DNA of 20,000 nt, from the IMG/VR virus record IMGVR_UViG_3300031555_004022; one strand, written 5' to 3'. Below are positions 16,033 through 20,000 of the stretch, in pieces. The stretch comes from an uncultured virus (IMG/VR IMGVR_UViG_3300031555_004022) (lineage: Duplodnaviria; Heunggongvirae; Uroviricota; Caudoviricetes). Within the stretch, counting starts at the first letter, position 1. The number at the start of each line of letters is the position of its first letter. Position numbers and translations under genes: made by a program. The notes under the pieces were generated by a model. That model saw only the letters and a list, made by a program, of their open reading frames with translations. It was not told the DNA's origin and made no database searches.

Positions 16033-16421
16033 TTCGCTGCCTCCTTCTTCTGGCCGATGTACTTACCGGCCCGGAAGCAGATCAGCGTCTGACAGAACAG
16101 CAGCACCGGCACAGCGAAGGCCAGCTCCACCAGGCCCAGCCACCAGCCCAGGGCAACAACGCCCGCAGCGGCCAGCAGCTTCAGCTCTTGCTTCACCAGG
16201 CGGCGCCATGCCCGGCGGCGGCGCTGTTCTGCCGCCTGGGCCTGTCTCCATGCTGCGATCTGGCGATCCCGTTCGGCCTGCTCCGCGGCGGCCTTCTTCT
16301 TCCGGTTCTGCTCCATGTGGTGGGACAGCTCTGCCAGCTCGATCGTTTCCTCGTCGACGAAGACGGCCCGGCTGCCGTTGTTCGTCTTCCTGGCAATGTA
16401 GATTCCATTCAATGCTTGCAT
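16029..16421 (-). CDS. Hypothetical membrane protein
   Basis: 130 aa, charged helical segment then two hydrophobic segments. Confidence 0.7.
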   Translation of the reverse strand: MQALNGIYIARKTNNGSRAVFVDEETIELAELSHHMEQNRKKKAAAEQAERDRQIAAWRQAQAAEQRRRRAWRRLVKQELKLLAAAGVVALGWWLGLVELAFAVPVLLFCQTLICFRAGKYIGQKKEAAK

Positions 16422-16423
16422 GA

Positions 16424-16741
16424 TTACGCCCCCTTCTCCAGCTTCGCGATCCGCTCGATCGCCATCAGAATGTCCCGGACGGCTGCGGCGTCGTCGCCCA
16501 GCTCGTCGTACAGTTCCATGTTGACCAGGTCGGCGGCGGTGTCGCAGAACGGGATCAGAAAATTGATCGTTGCACAGGCGGCCAGGCGGCGCTTGCCCTC
16601 GTCGTTCAGGTAGGTGTCGACAGCCCGCAGGCGTTCGGTCTCGCGGTGCAGGGCCTCGACCAGGCCCTCGAAGGTGGTGACGATCTCCCGCTCCTTCTTC
16701 TTTTCCGCCACCAGGGCGGGGTTCGTGGGTCTTGGTGCCAT
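16424..16741 (-). CDS. Hypothetical phage protein
   Basis: 105 aa, AAGGAGG RBS. Confidence 0.7.
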   Translation of the reverse strand: MAPRPTNPALVAEKKKEREIVTTFEGLVEALHRETERLRAVDTYLNDEGKRRLAACATINFLIPFCDTAADLVNMELYDELGDDAAAVRDILMAIERIAKLEKGA

Positions 16742-16744
16742 TGT

Positions 16745-16993
16745 TCAGTCCTCCTTAATTTCGCCGTTCGGGATGAAGTGGGTGACGATCTCGCCCTTGT
16801 CGGGGTGGCGCCGGATCAGTTCGTACCGGACGATCTTCAGGTAGTCCGGGGTGTAGATGCAATGCCATTCGTTGTCCTCGCCGCTCTGCCGGTTGATCAT
16901 TACCTGGGACATCAGTCTGATCAGCTTCGCCTCGCTGATCTCGCGGGTGTGGTCGGGCTTGCCGGGGACTTTGGTGATCTGGGTGTATGTCAT
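16745..16993 (-). CDS. Hypothetical phage protein
   Basis: 82 aa, AAGGAGG RBS. Confidence 0.7.
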   Translation of the reverse strand: MTYTQITKVPGKPDHTREISEAKLIRLMSQVMINRQSGEDNEWHCIYTPDYLKIVRYELIRRHPDKGEIVTHFIPNGEIKED

Positions 16994-17006
16994 GCCGTCC
17001 GCCTCC

Positions 17007-17282
17007 TTATTTCTTGAAAATGACCCGGTCGTTGACGGTGATCTTCTCGCAGATCAGGAAGCCGTCGTCTTCCCAGGTGGCGTCCTTCGTTTCATGGCCC
17101 AGTTCGCGGAGATACTTCAGCGCCTGCTTCATGACGCCATAGTTGACATGATTCCGGGCCAGGTCTTTCTGGGCGGCCTGCTCGTTCATCCGATATGCGG
17201 CCAGGATCGCGTCGCACATCATGGTCTCCACCAGCTTCTCCAGGGTGGCGACGGCTTCGGTGGTTTGCTTCTTCTCGTTCAC
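17007..17282 (-). CDS. Hypothetical protein, first gene of the leftward early operon
   Basis: 91 aa, GTG start after AAGGAGG; no HTH evident. Confidence 0.75.
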   Translation of the reverse strand: MNEKKQTTEAVATLEKLVETMMCDAILAAYRMNEQAAQKDLARNHVNYGVMKQALKYLRELGHETKDATWEDDGFLICEKITVNDRVIFKK

Positions 17283-17289
17283 GTTGTTT

Positions 17290-17313
17290 CCTCCTTGCGG
17301 GGTTTCCGCTTTC
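17290..17313 (-). repeat. 24-bp leader repeat, copy 2
   Basis: Identical to 15592-15615. Confidence 0.9.
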
Positions 17314-17328
17314 TTTTGGGTTTATTTT

Positions 17329-17416
17329 GTTCCCTGTCGGAACTTGTATTCTTATTATAGTTTCGTGACGGAACTTTGTCAAGCATTTCTGAAAAATAAT
17401 TGTTGCATTTCGGAAC
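17329..17416. promoter_or_regulatory. Three putative repressor operators
   Basis: GTTCCCTGTCGGAAC (17329-17343), GTTTCGTGACGGAAC (17360-17374), GTTGCATTTCGGAAC (17402-17416); imperfect palindrome GTTCC-N5-GGAAC, each followed by TT. Confidence 0.8.
17354..17382 (-). promoter_or_regulatory. Early lytic promoter (leftward)
   Basis: TTGACA (17382-17377), 17-nt spacer, TATAAT (17359-17354) on the minus strand. Confidence 0.88.
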
Positions 17417-17431
17417 TTTATGTGTTATCGT
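17403..17431 (+). promoter_or_regulatory. Repressor promoter (rightward)
   Basis: TTGCAT, 17-nt spacer, TATCGT with an extended -10 TG. Confidence 0.6.
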
Positions 17432-17451
17432 ATTCCCAGGAGGTGATCGTC

Positions 17452-17841
17452 ACGAAAGACAGAATTAAACAGTTACGCCAGTCCCTGGGCCTTTCCATGG
17501 AAGACTTCGGTGCAAAGATCGGCGTCGGCAAGTCCGCGATCAGCCGGATCGAAGCCGGTGTCAATGGAACGACCGAACAGACCCTGCGCTCCATGTGCCG
17601 GGAGTTTGGCGCGTCCTACTTATGGCTGACCACCGGCGAAGGCTCCATGTTTGAAAAAGGCGGCGACGACGCCGCGCTGCACATCATGGTCGACCGGGTC
17701 ATGGCGTCCGAAAACGAACGGGTCAAGCAGATTTTCAAGAATCTGGGCGACTTCACGGAGGACGACTGGCGCCAGGTGAACGCAGTCCTGGACAAGCTGC
17801 TGGCCGGTATGCGGCCCTGGGAAGACGAAAAAAAGGACTGA
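17452..17841 (+). CDS. Xre/CI-like HTH repressor
   Basis: KDRIKQLRQSLGLSMEDFGAKIGVGKSAISRIEAG...WLTTGEGSMF; divergent from the early operon. Start uncertain (ACG 17452 or GTG 17443); no peptidase S24 domain. Confidence 0.88.
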   Translation, partial: TKDRIKQLRQSLGLSMEDFGAKIGVGKSAISRIEAGVNGTTEQTLRSMCREFGASYLWLTTGEGSMFEKGGDDAALHIMVDRVMASENERVKQIFKNLGDFTEDDWRQVNAVLDKLLAGMRPWEDEKKD

Positions 17842-17873
17842 CCCCCGAAGGGGCCAGTCCCGTCTCCGCAGCG

Positions 17874-17987
17874 TTAGCGGTTCCTGGTGTACAGGTACAG
17901 GATGTACTTGTAAATCAGCGCCAGGGTCTTCTCGTCCTGGATGTTCTTCAGCATCCGGGCGATCGCTGCCTTGTATGCGTTCTTCAT
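17874..17987 (-). CDS. Small 37-aa protein convergent with the repressor
   Basis: AAGGAGGTG RBS; MKNAYKAAIARMLKNIQDEKTLALIYKYILYLYTRNR. Confidence 0.7.
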   Translation of the reverse strand: MKNAYKAAIARMLKNIQDEKTLALIYKYILYLYTRNR

Positions 17988-18069
17988 TTCTGTCACCTCC
18001 TTCCAGGTGACAGCATACCGCAAAATAAAAAAGCCCGGCAAAAGCGGGCAAGAATATGGAGGTATAACC

Positions 18070-18363
18070 ATGGGATTATTCACTAAAGGGCAGGCCGCAG
18101 TCGCCGCCACCGTCTACGACAAAATGAAGCAGTACGTCGCCCCGAAGGACGGCAGGGTTCACGTGCTTATGGTGAACAGCTTCAGCAAAATGTGCAATCA
18201 GGCATTTGAGTGCGAAGACAAGTACACGACCCAGATGGACTGCATCGTCACCGGCTTGCAGGCCGACGGCTATGAGATCGTCGACATCAAGTTCAATTCC
18301 GTCAAGAATCAGGGCGTCATGGGCGACGCCGAAGGCTTCCACACTCTGATCATGTACAAGTAA
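18070..18363 (+). CDS. Hypothetical protein in the lysogeny module
   Basis: 97 aa, GGAGGT RBS, ATG at 18070. Confidence 0.75.
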   Translation: MGLFTKGQAAVAATVYDKMKQYVAPKDGRVHVLMVNSFSKMCNQAFECEDKYTTQMDCIVTGLQADGYEIVDIKFNSVKNQGVMGDAEGFHTLIMYK

Positions 18364-18522
18364 AGGGCGGCGGACTTACCACCCGCCACCCAGAAAACAA
18401 AAAAGCCGCCCCGGTGTTACCAGCACCAGAGCGGCAGACATACAGTTCCCCCGTATCACCACAATATAGGGGCTTTATGCCCTTTTATTGTAACACACGT
18501 GTCACAAAAAAGGAAGTGCAAA

Positions 18523-20000
18523 ATGCTTGATTTATCAGCTTTCGGCGTCCTGAAGGCTGCGGAGTATATGCGGTACTCGACCGATAACCAGACCGAAAAC
18601 AGCATAGCCTACCAGCAGGCCGGAATCAGGAAATACGCCAGAGAAAACAACATACAGATCGTCGCCAGCTTCCAGGACGAAGCAGCCAGCGGCACCAATA
18701 CCGACCGGAAGGGCTTCCAGGCCCTGGTGGCCGCTGCCGGGCGGAAGGCGTTCGACGCCGTGATTATTTACGACATTTCCCGCGGCTCCCGTGACGTGGG
18801 TGACTGGTTCACCTTCCGGAAGTCCATGATGTACCTGGGCATTAAAGTGATCAGCGCCAGCGGCCAGAAGCTGGGCGACCTGACCAACAGCGCCGACTTT
18901 CTGACGGAACTGATCACCGTGGGCATGGGCCAGGTCGAAGTCCTGGGCACCCGGCAGAAGTCCATCGACGGCGTCGCCGTGAAGGCGAAGCAGGGCGCCT
19001 TCCTGGGCGGCCTCCCTCCCCTGGGCTATGACGTCGTCAACGGCCAGTACGTGATCAATCCGGCAGAGGCCAGGATCGTCCGGGACATCTTCGCCTGGTA
19101 TGCTGCCGGGAAAAGCTACGACTATATCGTCGACCACCTGAAGGGCGCCCTGGGCAAGCGGGGCCGCCCGATCGGGAAGAACAGCCTGAACGGCATACTG
19201 CAAAATGAACGCTATATCGGCGTCTATACCTGGAACAAAAAGAAATACAAGATCATGCGGAAGTGGGCAGGCGGCCAGGCGAATCCCAATGTGGAGCGCA
19301 TAGAGGGCGCGATCCCGCGGATCATTGACGACGACACATGGGAGAAGGTGCAGGCCAGGATGAAGGACAACAAACGGAACGCAAAAAACAAAGCCCGCCA
19401 CCAATACCTGCTGACGGGCCTGATCGAATGTGAAGAATGTGGTGCCCGGTACGTGGGCCACGCCAGTACGAACAAAAAGGGCTTTGTCACCCGGTACTAT
19501 TGCTGCGGCAATAAATACCGGACGCATACCTGCGGGGCGAAGAATATCAACGCCGACGAAATTGAGACGTTCGTCGTCCAGCACCTGAAGGAATACCTGC
19601 GGACGATGGACTTCACGGCCACGGCCCAGTATATCGCCGACCAGATCAACGGCGCCCAGCCCGATCTGAAGGCAGAGAAGGCAGAACTGGCCCAGATAGA
19701 GAAGAAGATCGCGAACGGCGTCCAGGCGGTGCTGTCCGGTCTGGTCGTGCCGGAACTCCAGGCCGAACTGGATCGGCTGCGGGTCAGGAAGTCCGAACTG
19801 GAAGACATTATAGCCCGGCGATCCGCCACCCGGCGCGAACTCGATCCGGCGGCGCTGGTGGCCTTCTTCCGCTCCAGCATTGACCAATGGAACGACGAAA
19901 ACCTCCCCGAAATAATCAGGGCGCACGTGACAAAAATCTACGCCCACGCCGACGGTACTTTTACCGTCAACGTGGGCGTACATACGAATGGTTGCGGAGG
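18523..20000 (+). CDS. Large serine recombinase (integrase), 3' end outside the window
   Basis: YMRYSTDNQ catalytic motif, SGTNTDRKGFQ, GGLPPLGY, YIGVY, LLTGLIECEECG...YYCC zinc ribbon. Start and end of the reading frame are in phase; absent from the ORF track because it has no stop in the window. Confidence 0.93.
   Translation, partial: MLDLSAFGVLKAAEYMRYSTDNQTENSIAYQQAGIRKYARENNIQIVASFQDEAASGTNTDRKGFQALVAAAGRKAFDAVIIYDISRGSRDVGDWFTFRKSMMYLGIKVISASGQKLGDLTNSADFLTELITVGMGQVEVLGTRQKSIDGVAVKAKQGAFLGGLPPLGYDVVNGQYVINPAEARIVRDIFAWYAAGKSYDYIVDHLKGALGKRGRPIGKNSLNGILQNERYIGVYTWNKKKYKIMRKWAGGQANPNVERIEGAIPRIIDDDTWEKVQARMKDNKRNAKNKARHQYLLTGLIECEECGARYVGHASTNKKGFVTRYYCCGNKYRTHTCGAKNINADEIETFVVQHLKEYLRTMDFTATAQYIADQINGAQPDLKAEKAELAQIEKKIANGVQAVLSGLVVPELQAELDRLRVRKSELEDIIARRSATRRELDPAALVAFFRSSIDQWNDENLPEIIRAHVTKIYAHADGTFTVNVGVHTNGCG
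19989..20000 (-). tRNA. Possible 3' end of tRNA-Met/fMet (candidate att junction), partial
   Basis: Minus strand reads CCTCCGCAACCA, resembling the initiator tRNA 3' end (CCGCAACCA); only 12 nt visible. Confidence 0.45.

Noticed and set aside
315..17360. Many long plus-strand and alternative-frame ORFs in the track
   Set aside because: They overlap well-supported minus-strand genes, lack RBSs and motifs, and are expected in GC-rich DNA.
17221..17442. N-terminal extension of the repressor ORF
   Set aside because: Spans the promoters and operators and lies upstream of the predicted transcription start.
18535..19983. 482-aa minus-strand ORF
   Set aside because: Antisense shadow of the plus-strand serine integrase; no motifs of its own.
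1..20000. Complete DGR (RT, template repeat, Avd), CRISPR array or IS element
   Set aside because: I saw no YxDD RT ORF, no second copy of the variable region, no regularly spaced repeats and no transposase.

Overview
Left half of a temperate tailed-phage prophage (HK97-type head genes). The host is inferred to be a GC-rich Clostridia/Oscillospiraceae-like Firmicute, from GGAGG RBSs, sigmaA consensus promoters and the gene families present. Reading from the right: a large serine integrase (+, 18523 to the window end) runs into what looks like the 3' end of a tRNA-Met/fMet (candidate att junction). Next comes an Xre repressor with a three-operator divergent switch. A long leftward early operon follows, carrying many small ORFs, a PAPS-reductase-like gene, a DUF6273-like gene, a HUH rolling-circle-type Rep, VRR-NUC, ParA, ParB, a MazF/PemK-like gene, a DNA methyltransferase and a late regulator. 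The window ends with HNH, terminase small and large subunits, portal and the start of a probable prohead protease. The least ordinary features are: (1) two same-strand type III hammerhead ribozymes with covarying stem I that bracket about 2.8 kb of the early transcript; (2) inside that segment, a gene ending in a DGR-type variable region followed by a GC hairpin, with no RT or template in the window; (3) two genes each frameshifted exactly at a G10 tract; (4) a consensus-promoter antisense sRNA just upstream of the Rep gene; (5) an apparent ACG start codon on the repressor. All protein family calls come from motif recognition by eye, not database searches.
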